The position numbers and the translations under genes were made by a program. Positions 37,530 to 48,603 of a stretch of 64,000 bases of DNA are shown here, piece by piece (position 1 is the first letter of the stretch; each line of letters begins with the position of its first letter). The notes under the pieces were generated by a model that saw only the letters and a program-made list of their open reading frames with translations, was not told where the DNA came from and did no database searches. This DNA is from Utricularia gibba. Lineage: Eukaryota; Plantae; Magnoliophyta. The stretch lies in NCBI GenBank assembly GCA_002189035.1, contig NEEC01000008.1, positions 1,426,001-1,490,000 on the forward strand, given 5' to 3'.

Positions 37530-38293
37530 TTAGAGTTAGCTTTTACATGCTACATTACACGTGTTTGAATCCCCTCTGTTTACTTGAACTGTCGATCATT
37601 CTGATTGTTAATTCATTTGACATTGAGTTTATTGCTGATGAAAATAGAATTATTACACATGGTATTCATTGTGATATTATTGTGCCATAAAGCCTTGTGT
37701 TGAATAATTGCATGTGTAGATGAGTACAACGCAGTTACTAGCAAGGATGCCGCTATTGACAAGTAGGCATTAGGATGTGAACTCTTTCAACGTTTGGATT
37801 CTGTCATAAGAAATGAAACCTTGAGACTAACAAGTGTTTAGATGGCAGTGTTCACTCCCTAAAAGCCAACACTTCCACCACCCCACGTGAACATTAAACG
37901 TTTAAGATGAGGAGTTTATGTTAACATCTACTGTAAGAAGAAACATTAAAACATGTCTGGACAAAAGTCTTTGTTTCTGATCTGGCGTCCATTTCGAAGT
38001 GAGTCTTTTAGAAGAAGAAAAAAAGGATCCCATATCACGCGTGTGAGTGGGGCCTCCTTGAGGAGCTGTTGATGGGTTCATGGGAGTTGGAACAGTCACA
38101 GGATATCTTCTTACTTCTCCCTTTGAAATAAAAGCTAAAGAAGCAGTCTTGCAATTAATCACAATAACCACTCCCTCTAACTGTCCCAATCCTACTACCC
38201 TTCTCAACCATTGAGAGGGACTCCTCCTTTTCTGTAATCTCCCACAGAACTGCAAAGCCCCGTTTGCTGCTGAATCATTTAGGGAAGAAGAAT

Positions 38294-39238
38294 ATGAAGT
38301 GGAGGGAGAAGAAATCTGAAACAAATTCTTCCTTGCTTGCTCGTGTCTTCTCTGGTTCGTGGTTCTCCAAACTGAAGCAGAAACCAAGTGGTGGCCGTAG
38401 AAATGAGGGTGATTCCTTCATGAGCAAGCACACAGGTGAAGTGGGATATGGGTATCCTACGAGGTACTATAGCCTGGAAGAAGCAGACTTGGATTGGATG
38501 GTCCCTGTTGTTGATAAAAGGGTTCAAGGGAGGAGGAGCACAGGTGGGATAAATCCTCTTTGGTGTGAATCTGGTTACAAGTTTCGATCTCTGGGCTTTG
38601 AAGAGCCTGAGATTCATAGAAGAGATGAGTTTCTCAGTTTCAGTGACATGGTTTTGGATGTGAAAAAGAGGCAGAGTGAGAAGAAGAAGAGAGCAGTTTC
38701 AGAGAATGTCTCATGTTCGAGAAATTTGAGTGATCGAAGTTCGTTTATTCTGAGCCCTGTCGAGGAGGATGATCATGTGTTCTATCAACGTGAATCAATT
38801 CCAAGGCCGACTTCGCATATGCGGAACTTCGATTTTCAGGATAAAAGTATCAGGGAGATGAAGGTGAAGACTAGGACAGAGTCTTCGTCTAAGAAGAAAT
38901 CTGCAAAATCAAAGCAGAAAACAAACTCCCCGAGAGCAGAACGTAGAAACCGAGCTTCCAATGATGAGATGAGGAAACCCAGAATGAGATCAGATGAAGA
39001 TGAAGAAGAAACAGTCTTTGACAGCTTTGCAATGGTGAAGAGTTCGTCTAATCCGCACAACGATTTCCGGGATTCCATGATAGAAATGATTCGTGAGAGA
39101 GGTATACGCCATCCAAAAGAGTTGGAACAGCTCCTTTCTTGTTACCTTACATTGAATTCAGATGAGTACCATGATCTCATCGTTCAGGTATTCAGACAAG
39201 TGTGGTCTGAGATGAACCCTGCACAATATGCTCACTAA
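38294..39238 (+). CDS. OVATE family protein (OFP5-like), intronless
   Basis: N-terminal SWFSKLK. C-terminal OVATE domain: DSFAMVKSSSNPHNDFRDSMIEMIRERGI...LEQLLSCYLTLNSDEYHDLIVQVFRQVW. Confidence 0.93.
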   Translation: MKWREKKSETNSSLLARVFSGSWFSKLKQKPSGGRRNEGDSFMSKHTGEVGYGYPTRYYSLEEADLDWMVPVVDKRVQGRRSTGGINPLWCESGYKFRSLGFEEPEIHRRDEFLSFSDMVLDVKKRQSEKKKRAVSENVSCSRNLSDRSSFILSPVEEDDHVFYQRESIPRPTSHMRNFDFQDKSIREMKVKTRTESSSKKKSAKSKQKTNSPRAERRNRASNDEMRKPRMRSDEDEEETVFDSFAMVKSSSNPHNDFRDSMIEMIRERGIRHPKELEQLLSCYLTLNSDEYHDLIVQVFRQVWSEMNPAQYAH

Positions 39239-39330
39239 AATGTAATGTATCTTCAAGTTCTGTATGAAAGCAACTGAATTTCATTCTCTGATGTAAATTA
39301 CATTGACAGAAAAAGGAGATCTAATGGATC

Positions 39331-40152
39331 TCATTTGTCATTGCAATTGAGCAACTTGATGGATTCTCTTACATCCTCTGCCACTTCACATGTTTGAAAG
39401 AATGGAATCAGTTTCTTGAGCTCATCATCGTCAAGGCTGTATGTAAAGGGCTTAATTGGGACAGCATTTTCAGGCTGAAACTGATAAGAAGAGGGATTAT
39501 CATCAACAATGATGGCGCTTTTTAGATCCCTCCCAGTTTCAGACAGATCCTTGACAAACTTCCCATCGATTTCCTTGCAAGATTTTCGATAGAGACGATG
39601 CGAAATCACCCTGCTGGAGTCAAGCTTATCGATAACCAGAGAAGCATACTCTTCAATCCCAGCAGTGAACACAACAATCTCATACTTTTGACTCAAGAAA
39701 GACAGAAATTCATCAACGAATGGCCTCTTCAGCACGAAAAAGTCTACCTTAACCCCATCCAGTACCGGCCTTACAATGAAATCGTACTTGCCCGGAGGAA
39801 TCGTAACCGTTGAGTGGACCAGAGTCTCATCCAAATCAAGGAACACCGTCTTCTTACTACTTGAAATCAAGGGAGGGAGAATGAACTCTGGGAACAGAGA
39901 TCGCCGAAGGGGTAACGTCTCCGGTAGAGATTTTTCGATAACTCCGTAACCCTTCTCCGGCGTAGCCTTCTCGATAACCCGGTAACCCTTTTTGCGAGGA
40001 GTGGCGATGCGCGCAAGCTTTTTAAAGATCTTGATCAGGCGTCGGTGGCATTTGTTGACGGAAGCCACCACAAGGGCTGCAGCGCCCTTTGCCGGCGAGG
40101 TCCGCCGGAGTTTCCTTGTTTTCAGTAGGGATTTAGGGGTCCTTTTCACCAT
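39331..40152 (-). CDS. SCP1-like / NIF-FCP1 HAD phosphatase, intronless
   Basis: DLDETLVHS (DxDxT), KRPFVDEFL, VFTAGIEEYA, HRLYR..C, VKDLS, IIVDDNP. Confidence 0.95.
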   Translation of the reverse strand: MVKRTPKSLLKTRKLRRTSPAKGAAALVVASVNKCHRRLIKIFKKLARIATPRKKGYRVIEKATPEKGYGVIEKSLPETLPLRRSLFPEFILPPLISSSKKTVFLDLDETLVHSTVTIPPGKYDFIVRPVLDGVKVDFFVLKRPFVDEFLSFLSQKYEIVVFTAGIEEYASLVIDKLDSSRVISHRLYRKSCKEIDGKFVKDLSETGRDLKSAIIVDDNPSSYQFQPENAVPIKPFTYSLDDDELKKLIPFFQTCEVAEDVRESIKLLNCNDK

Positions 40153-42491
40153 TTTCGAATTGGATCAAGGCAATGCTCCTCCCGTCCGAGCTTCTGATTC
40201 TCCGTTCCGAGTGATGCTTTTGCTTTTTAAAAATCATGTCCGGTAACGGTCGGATGGGCCATCGCTTTCCGTTTCGGATTTCAAATCATTGATTCGCCTT
40301 TTCCTTTAGGGTGCCCAGGAAAAGAATTATTACATCATATACCAAAGTTTTTTGAATTTAAAACACTAAGACAAACCGCAATTGTACCTTAAAAAAGCGA
40401 TTACAATATAAATATAAATAGCTCCATCCAATATTTTAAGGATTTCAACACAATACATGTATTCGGACTATATAATATATGACAAATGATTGAGTTTGCA
40501 CGAATCGAGTACATTCTAAATTGAAGCATTTATATGATTCATTCTAATGCAATCTACACTCCTCTGATGCCTCATTTGAGGAAGGGTGGAAGGGCATTAT
40601 GCAAATCCTATATTGATTATGAATAGAGGAGAATATGAGATTGAATAGAATAATTATATAAATTTTCTTGAATATGATACAAATCTTTGATAGAAACTTT
40701 AAAATTAATGCTTAGCACAAGATAATTTTAGAATGAGTTACCACCAAATAAGCTCATTTCCAAAAATAAGAAAAATATAAAATCATAAGAATTGAATGTT
40801 TAAAATGAACAATATCGTACAAGATGAACGTGGATCATGATAAATCCCAATTTGAAATGCATTCTATCAAGAAAACATGTTATTATAACGAAAAAACTCA
40901 TGTCTTACAAGGCACTTGTCCTGTAAGTGCATGGCACAACTACCGGTCGATGAGGTACTTAGTGCCTTAGAAAGTAGTATCTACTATGTCAATGCACTGA
41001 AAAGCAAGAACTGAGTACCACGACTACCAAGTCTCCTCGAGGCATTAGTCGTCCGTACGGATACTTCCCCTGCCAAACGACACATTGAGTTTGGGAGCCC
41101 AAGAAGCATCTAGAAAGCACCCCAAAGGATAGTAGAGATGAGCTCTTGAGTTGGCCAACAAGATCTCCAAAATCCCTTGAAAAGTAAATGATCTCGGGAA
41201 TATGATTTTTTCCCTTAGGAAAGATCTATAATTTATATAATATGATCATATATAGCATATGATCCTATCTAACATATAACACTGCCTATAAAATCTTTCT
41301 ATCAAATGAGAAAAAATATACTTATAAAAGGGAGTCATTTCCATACTAAGAGTAGGGACTTGAGTCTATTGTGAGTTCACCATAATCAATAAAGTTTATG
41401 AGATATTTCCCAATGTTCCATTTCACCAGAGGATTTTGTAACATTTTTTATTTTCTCATTTTTAGGATCATCAATCTTTGTTTCTTTTTTCATGGTTGCA
41501 AAATCGAACCAACACACGATTGGCATTCGAATTATCATCACAAAAATTTTACTTATTGGGTAAGAAATTTTCCCAATCACAACAGTGTGTAATAGTTAGA
41601 TAGTTACAAGAATGATGTCACTAATATCAAATATTGTTTTTAGTTTTTAAAATGTATTTTACATAGTATTTTAGTATCATTACATAAAATTTATATTAAT
41701 TAACTAAAATAATATTTTATTCTAAATTTTAAAAAATGAGCCCTTTTCAAAACTCTAGCCTCATAATTAAAAAAAATGTAAAAGGGTTTAAAAGTAAGTA
41801 GATCATAAATTTTATGGTATCATTGTCTAAAACAAAAAAATAACACCCATCTTTATTTAAATTCAATTTTAAAATTAAATTTTTATATAAATTGATTATC
41901 AAACAAGATTTAATAACACATTAACACCATTTAAAACTGGGTGCCAAACACTCAAAGTTAGGTTCATTTGGTTTTCCAATATATGGCATGTGAGGATCAT
42001 TGACCCAATCACACTTCTTAGGATGGTCCAAGGAGAGAGAGGGTGAAGTAAAAACTAAGCAGGATGAGACTCACTGCTTCATTTACCGAGCTCCTTTTTC
42101 CGGTCCACCGGATCGATCTCCGAGGAACTCCAAAATGGCTGATTAGAAGGCCCCTTTCACTGCTCTTCATTCTGTATGCAGGGTGAAGTTGCCGCCACTC
42201 ACGGCAAGACACGTCTTCTTTCCCATGACTGTGTCTTAATCCACATGATCATCATTAATCCAACTGGGGTCAGTGATAATTACTTCACCTTGCAGACTTG
42301 GATTGTCTTCTTGCTTTTATAAATACACACATACCCTCTCCCCTTCTGTTCCCCACGCCCCTCCAGATCCTTTGATCTCCACATTCATAACTAGCAGTTC
42401 CTGTATGTTACCCCAAACCCCCCATCATATCAGATCAGCTGGGAGGCCTCGTTTAATGAAGCTTTTTTTCTCTGTTGTTTCAGGTTAAGTA

Positions 42492-44715
42492 ATGGAGCTC
42501 CAAAGTGACATTACAGGGGAAGAAGTTTCCTCTGAGAGGAAAGTTTCGAGGGGAAAGATCGAGATCAAGCGAATCGAAAACACGACGAATCGACAAGTGA
42601 CTTTCTGCAAGAGGAGAAACGGTTTGTTGAAGAAGGCATATGAGTTATCGGTTCTTTGTGATGCTGAGGTTGCTCTCATCGTCTTCTCCAGCAGAGGGCG
42701 TCTCTACGAGTATGCAAATCACAGGTACCCCTTGAAGAAAGATTTTATTTTTATGGAGATCTGGACAAGATCTCCCCTTCATGTTTCTAGGGCACCTTTT
42801 TTTCACAATCTCTACTTTCATCTTCACTGCGCTTTTGGGAATAAAGCTACCGTTTGGTTCCATTCTTTCTACTGTGAAGATGTGGGTGTAGATGTCGAAA
42901 GCTTCGGTTTCTCCATTTCTATGTCTAGACAACTAACACTTCCTTCGCATCATTTTTTACACCCCTTTTTATGGTTTTGTTTGTTTGTCCAAATCTTGTG
43001 AAGATTAGGGTTCTTACGTATAGATCTGCCTCTTCTTCTCTATTCTAACCAAAGCCCAGAAAGGTTAACTCTTGCGTTTAAACAGCAAATAGATTCGGGT
43101 AAGTCACGAGAATCTTTGGCTGCGTCATCAAAGATTTTGTTGTTCTTGACCATGGACAGAAAGGAATACCATGCTCTCTCTTCGTGTCTCAAGATCAAAT
43201 CTTTTGGAAAGAGGAGGGCATAAGAGACCACAAGAGAGAAAACCCTTGTTGTGAATCTGTTTCTGAAGCTTTCACAAAGCTTTGAAGGTGTAGAAACTCA
43301 AAGAGGAAAGTTGCAGAAGGGGAATGGGGACTGGTCCTTAATTTTAGTTATTTTTTCATGCTTTCTCAAAAACCCATCCCTACAAAACTTTCTATTTCAA
43401 GAAACATGGAGTGTGATGTCTGTAAAATATAATTATTTTTGTATGTACGGGAACCTGAGGAACCAATGAGGAAAATCTGAATTTCGCTCCTTCCCATGTA
43501 GAATGAAAGGTCCCGGTGAGTTCTGTTCAGATCATCCAGTGGCATTTACCGCGGTAGAAAATGTAGTCGATGAAATTAAGGTTTCAGAAATGCAGCTGTC
43601 TGAATCCGAATTCGAATCTGATTCTTCTTCTTCTTCTTCTTCCTCATCACCCCTTTGTGTCACTTCCTGGAAAATCATGTCACAGAATATAATCTGGCTC
43701 TCCAAAGGACTAATCTTTCAATCACTTCTTGTTTATGGCTTTTACCTTTACCTCACGGTTATTCACATGCCTCTACCTCTGTTTAATTGCTGCAGTGTGA
43801 AGGAAACCATCGAGAGGTACAAGAAAGCAACTGATTCCTCCAACCAGGGTTCCATTTCCGAAGCCAATGCTCAGGTGAAAGGAAATTTGATAGTTTTCTA
43901 CTTTTTTTGGGTTAGAAGTTCTGATCACTTCTTGGGTATTTGACAGTATTACCAGCAAGAAGCATCCAAGCTGAGAGCAAATATCAGTAACCTGCAGAAT
44001 CATAACAGGTTTTAAAAATTCTTGTACACACTTTTAAAGAGTGAACTTCAACTGTCATGTGTTCGATCTGATACAATGTAGAAAGCGCTTTTACACTTTT
44101 CTAGGAACATGTTGGGGGAATCTCTTGGCGGTCTGAAACTTAATGAGCTCAAGAATCTTGAGACAAAGGTCGAGAGAGGAATCAGCAAGATCAGATCCAA
44201 GAAGGTGACAACAAAGATCTCACTCAGCTAAGGATCTATCTTAATCAAGATTCATTTTTTCTGTACCAAGAAAGTGTCTTTTGTCTTTACAGAACGAGCT
44301 GCTCTTTGCGGAGATTGAATACATGCAGAAAAGGGTAAACCAAACTCCATCGTAAGTACTCAGAAGGTTATTACAGTATACTGATGATGTTGCCCTCTGT
44401 GAAAAAAATGGCAGCAGGAGATGGAGCTTCATCACAATAACCAGTTCCTCAGAGCAAAGGTCCATTTCATTTCCACCAAAAGTGCTCCGCATTCAAGCCT
44501 ACCCGACTAACAAGACATCATTTCTTGAATGACATCTTCAGATAGCTGAGACTGAGAGAGTTCACCAGCACATGAACCTGATGCCTGGAAGCTGCCCCGG
44601 ATTCGAACTCGTTCATCCCCAGCCATATGACACAACAGAATATCTTCAAAACACCCTTCAGCAGAACAATGAATCCTATCCGCGGCAGCAGGCGCCTTCA
44701 CTCCAGCTCGTGTAA
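42492..44715 (+). CDS. AG: C-class MADS-box factor AGAMOUS (euAG / FARINELLI-pMADS3-like). Exons 42492-42724, 43796-43874, 43947-44008, 44105-44204, 44293-44334, 44418-44459, 44542-44715
   Basis: N-terminal extension before the MADS box [44 protein letters not shown]-box, and AG motifs PQPYD...[12 protein letters not shown]. Confidence 0.95.
43109..43127 (+). promoter_or_regulatory. aAGAAT-box-like element in the AG regulatory intron
   Basis: AGAATCTTTGGCTGCGTCA compared with the recalled C-gene intron consensus AGAATCTNTGNTNACGTCA (2 mismatches). Confidence 0.65.
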
Positions 44716-46229
44716 GAACACTTTATCTATCTATCTATCTATCTCTCTACCTATCTATGCTATGATAAGCTAGAAAATCATCGTGAATCCGAGTTTGCAT
44801 TCGAGGATGGAATGCCGATTCCTTCAACGATCGGTTTCTGCATTTGTTGCCTGAATAGTTTGCCACTATGCCAGTGTGTAAGCACCTCGTCTTTGTGGGA
44901 TGAGCCTTGAGTATGTACGGACTTCTTTCTAATGCGTGTACGGTATGTAATAAAATTTGTCCCCTGTACTACATACCCAAGTAATTGTCACTTTGGAATC
45001 TGAATTTTCAGAACACCATCAACTCATACATTTTGGAATAACGTTTATTTTTTAAAAATATGTTTTAAAAATAGTATTATTATGAAATACGAATTACTTT
45101 TATTTTAAAAATAAAAAAAATAGAATTATTTATTATTTATTAAAACATTGATCAACTTCAAACTTTTGTTTTATTAAAATCGATTCTAAGAAAATGTTAT
45201 TGAAAAGTATTATGAAACGCATCCTTAGAAAAGTACTAATCTATTACAATTGATTATTAAAATACTTATTTCCTCTTTTCTTATATATATTTCAAAATTC
45301 TACCCAAAACTATTATTTTTTTACAAATCAAGCAATTTCAACAAAAATAAAATACTATTATATTATATTCAATATAGTTTCGTAGGTTAGAAAATGCAAA
45401 ATTTATGTTTAATATCATTAAAATTTGACTTTAGATTTAAATGAGTTAGCAATAATTTTTTTGTATTTGAATTTATCATATTAATATTTTTGTTATTTGT
45501 TAAAAATTCTTCAAATTATTATTATTTTTATCACCAATTTGATTTCTATACCAAAAGTCCCATTTCTTTATGAATGTAACTTCATTTTAGATTTTATCCA
45601 AAATTCCAAATTTTAAACTCTGAATTAGTATTGAATTTTATTTAATAAATTTAGAACAATTCTAAGAATATTTTGTACTCTATTAGCCAAAACCTGAACT
45701 GATATCAATGGTGGAATGATGGGACAAGGATTAAAGATTAGATAATGTAAGGTCAAAAGACTTTGATATTATTCTATATTGATTACGGATAGTAAAGATG
45801 ACATCATTAAATAGAGAGATTTTTTTAATTTTAAATGAGATATTTAAAAAAATAAAAAATATATAAAACTGTGAAATTTAGATGATTGAAATGTATAATA
45901 TCATGTAAAGAGAGCGTAGTTAAAAATAAATCATATTTTTTAAAATTTATAATTATAATTTTATAAAATATGATTATTTTAAAATACAAATAATTTAAAT
46001 GCAGGATTAATTAAGCATCCAACACATATCCTTATTCTATTGTTCTGAGTTCACTTCAGTAACTACATTGAGATGTCGTGATCGGACGGCTGGGGGGCGC
46101 CGCCGGCGATTTAAGACCACCGAAAATTCTCATGCCGGGGGAGATTAGATAAACGTGGCGATATGAAGACTCTTATTCAATTGGGAAAACCATATTTGAC
46201 TAAACGTGTGACAATCGCCCCGCAGACGA

Positions 46230-46325
46230 TGGGGTGCCGACAAAAACGATCCAACCCTCGGAGTAATTGTATTTTCCGACTCCGACTCCGACAACGACAC
46301 AAATAAATAACAAATGGGTGTCGGT
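46230..46325. promoter_or_regulatory. Cluster of DRE/CRT (CCGAC) cores 3' of the DEAR gene
   Basis: GCCGAC at 46236; CCGAC at 46276, 46282 and 46288; ACCGAC on the minus strand at 46320-46325. Confidence 0.4.
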
Positions 46326-46705
46326 AAAAGAACATGGACTTCCAGAATGTATGTTGCCACGTTCTGCAATTAAATAGCAAGCGACGGCAGGTTTGTTTCG
46401 TATTAAGATGTGTACCATTCAGTGCCACCGCGAGGGGGGCGGCGGCCGTGGTGTGAACTGAAGGTTTTCCGGCGGGGGACGGTGTGTGTGTACTTGAATG
46501 GATTAATTAAATTATGTCATCTCCTTTGGAGCCCAACTACAGACACAGACACGGACGCTTCACCCTGCTCATGCACCACTCTGTCCTTCGCAATGGAACA
46601 GTGAGAGCCCAGATGGGATCCCCTGAAGTCTAATGGAACAATTCAATGATTCGACACAGTACACGGCTTTGATAATTGTTACATAGGGAAACGGGGGAGG
46701 AAAAA

Positions 46706-47185
46706 TCAAGTGTCTTCTTCGCCTTCGGAGTTCTCGGGGCTCGGGTACTCGTTCAAGTCGGGCTGGACCCGAGGTGGGTTGGCGGTGCGGCTGACGGAGG
46801 AGGAGGAGGAGGAGTGCAGGGCGTCGACCATGGCGCCGATCTCGGTGGCCTTCTTCCGTATGGCGGCGGCGGAAAGGTCGTGCGGGGGTTGATCTGCTCT
46901 GTCGTCGTTCAAGATGAACTCCGGAAAGTTGAGACGGGCGTTGGGGCCTCGGAGATAGAATAAGGCGGTGTCGTAGGCGCGGGCGGCGGCGATTGGGGTG
47001 GAGTAGGAGCCGAGCCAGATTCTGGTCCGTTTATTGGGTTCCCTGATCTCGGCGACCCACTTCCCCCACTTTCTCATACGGATCCCTCTATAGGGCTTGT
47101 CCAGCTGATGCTCCCGGCGCTTCCGCTTAGAAATCTCGGAGCTGGATGAAGAAGCAGAGGATGAGGTACAGCAAGCAGTTTCCAT
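46706..47185 (-). CDS. DREB A-5 / DEAR (RAP2.1-like) AP2/ERF repressor, intronless
   Basis: [46 protein letters not shown], and the EAR motif DLNEYP. Confidence 0.94.
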   Translation of the reverse strand: METACCTSSSASSSSSEISKRKRREHQLDKPYRGIRMRKWGKWVAEIREPNKRTRIWLGSYSTPIAAARAYDTALFYLRGPNARLNFPEFILNDDRADQPPHDLSAAAIRKKATEIGAMVDALHSSSSSSVSRTANPPRVQPDLNEYPSPENSEGEEDT

Positions 47186-48202
47186 CGCGAATTCCGGCCG
47201 GGCTTCCAGGAGGAGGAGGAGGAGAAGCTCCCGTGTCCAGCTACCGATACGTGTGAGTTTTATCCCTACGGGGGTGCGCAGATATATAACGAGCCGGAGT
47301 TGTTGCTTTCTTATTTTATCCCTTCCCTTCATATTTCATTCATTTTTTTTTCCCCCCAAGTGACTTTCCGGTCTTTGCCGGACACGGGGACACGTGGTCG
47401 GACACTGCGCGTGTCTTTTTATAAATATTTCAATTTCCTAATGTACTTCCCACTAAGTCGACCATGTGCATTCTCTATATTATAAACCAAAAATAATAAA
47501 AGTGATATACAACTCAACATCAAATCCGATTTTGCTTACGTGGCAGTTCCCGTTTTTATGTAAATTTTGTGACTCCTAAAAGAATCATTCGTAAATTGGC
47601 TTTGAAATGATTGAGACTATTCATGTGGCATGCTTCATAGTGGTGTTTAATTATTTAAATATCCATATATTTTTAGAAATATATTTAAATAACCGTATTT
47701 AGGAAAATTCATATACTATCGCCATATTTGGTTAAAAGGAAAAGAATGAAATAGTTTAGTTTATTAATGATTATGCATGAGTTTAGCTAAAAGTAAATAT
47801 TTAACTATCTTCCCTTATTATTTATTTTTTCCTTTGTACAGAGTAAAACATTATTTTGGAAAATTTTTTAAACATGTTTTTATTTTTCAAAATTAATTTT
47901 GAAAAATATAAATAAGAAATAAAAGTAAACAACTAATTATTTTTTTAAAAAATAAATTTTGTATTTAAATTTTAAAAATATTTTTGATAAAATTAATTTT
48001 ACAATTAAAAATATTCTAAAATAAAACTATTTTTATTTTTAAAAATTAGAAATAGTTTTTAAAAAATTTTCAAAACACTATTTAAATGTATTGTTTTTTT
48101 CCATGAATTTGATAAAAAAATTTACTAAATACATAAAATATAATCTATACACATTCAAATTTGTCAAAACTGATCAACAAACATGGGCTAAGTGAGTTTT
48201 AC

Positions 48203-48261
48203 AAATAAACGACGTAATTATCTTTTCTTTTAAAAATAAACGACGTAATTATCTTTTCTTT
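48203..48261. repeat. Short direct duplication of 28 bp
   Basis: AAATAAACGACGTAATTATCTTTTCTTT occurs at 48203 and again at 48234. Confidence 0.85.
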
Positions 48262-48603
48262 ACACGATATTCTATTCATACTAATAATATATTATCGAAT
48301 TTAAAATTTGGATTAAATTCAGAAGGGGAAGGGTGACGGTGAGTCAAAGGAATGCTGCCGGCGCACGCAATTCCGGCGAGGAGGCAGGGCAGACAGATAA
48401 GGACAAGAGCGCGGCCGACAACCATTTACGTCGTTCTATCCCTTGCTTTTCTGAGTCAAATGGATGTATACAATAAATGAATAATGAATTTTATTTCCTG
48501 TGAATGCGTACGTAACTCTTATCTGCAAAATTGACACCCCATGTGCAACCTTGGACCAATTGCAGTCATCTCCCCCACCCAACTTGCGCATATTCATGTT
48601 TTT

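Larger units (their letters stand above)
28590..37550 (+). repeat. Tandem segmental duplication with a unit of about 4.55 kb (about 28590-33100 and 33130-37550), including promoter and 5' UTR
   Basis: Non-coding sequence still aligns, e.g. TTTATTACGGCGG at about 28617 and 33151, and GGCGACCCCACTTCATCTCCTTGTCC at about 28710 and 33241. Intron sequences are also similar. Confidence 0.92.

Noticed and set aside
42080-42115. GAGCTCCTTTTTCCGGTCCAC resembles a miR319/159 star arm
   Set aside because: No TTGGACTGAAGGGAGCTC-type partner arm lies downstream, and the site is in the AG upstream region.
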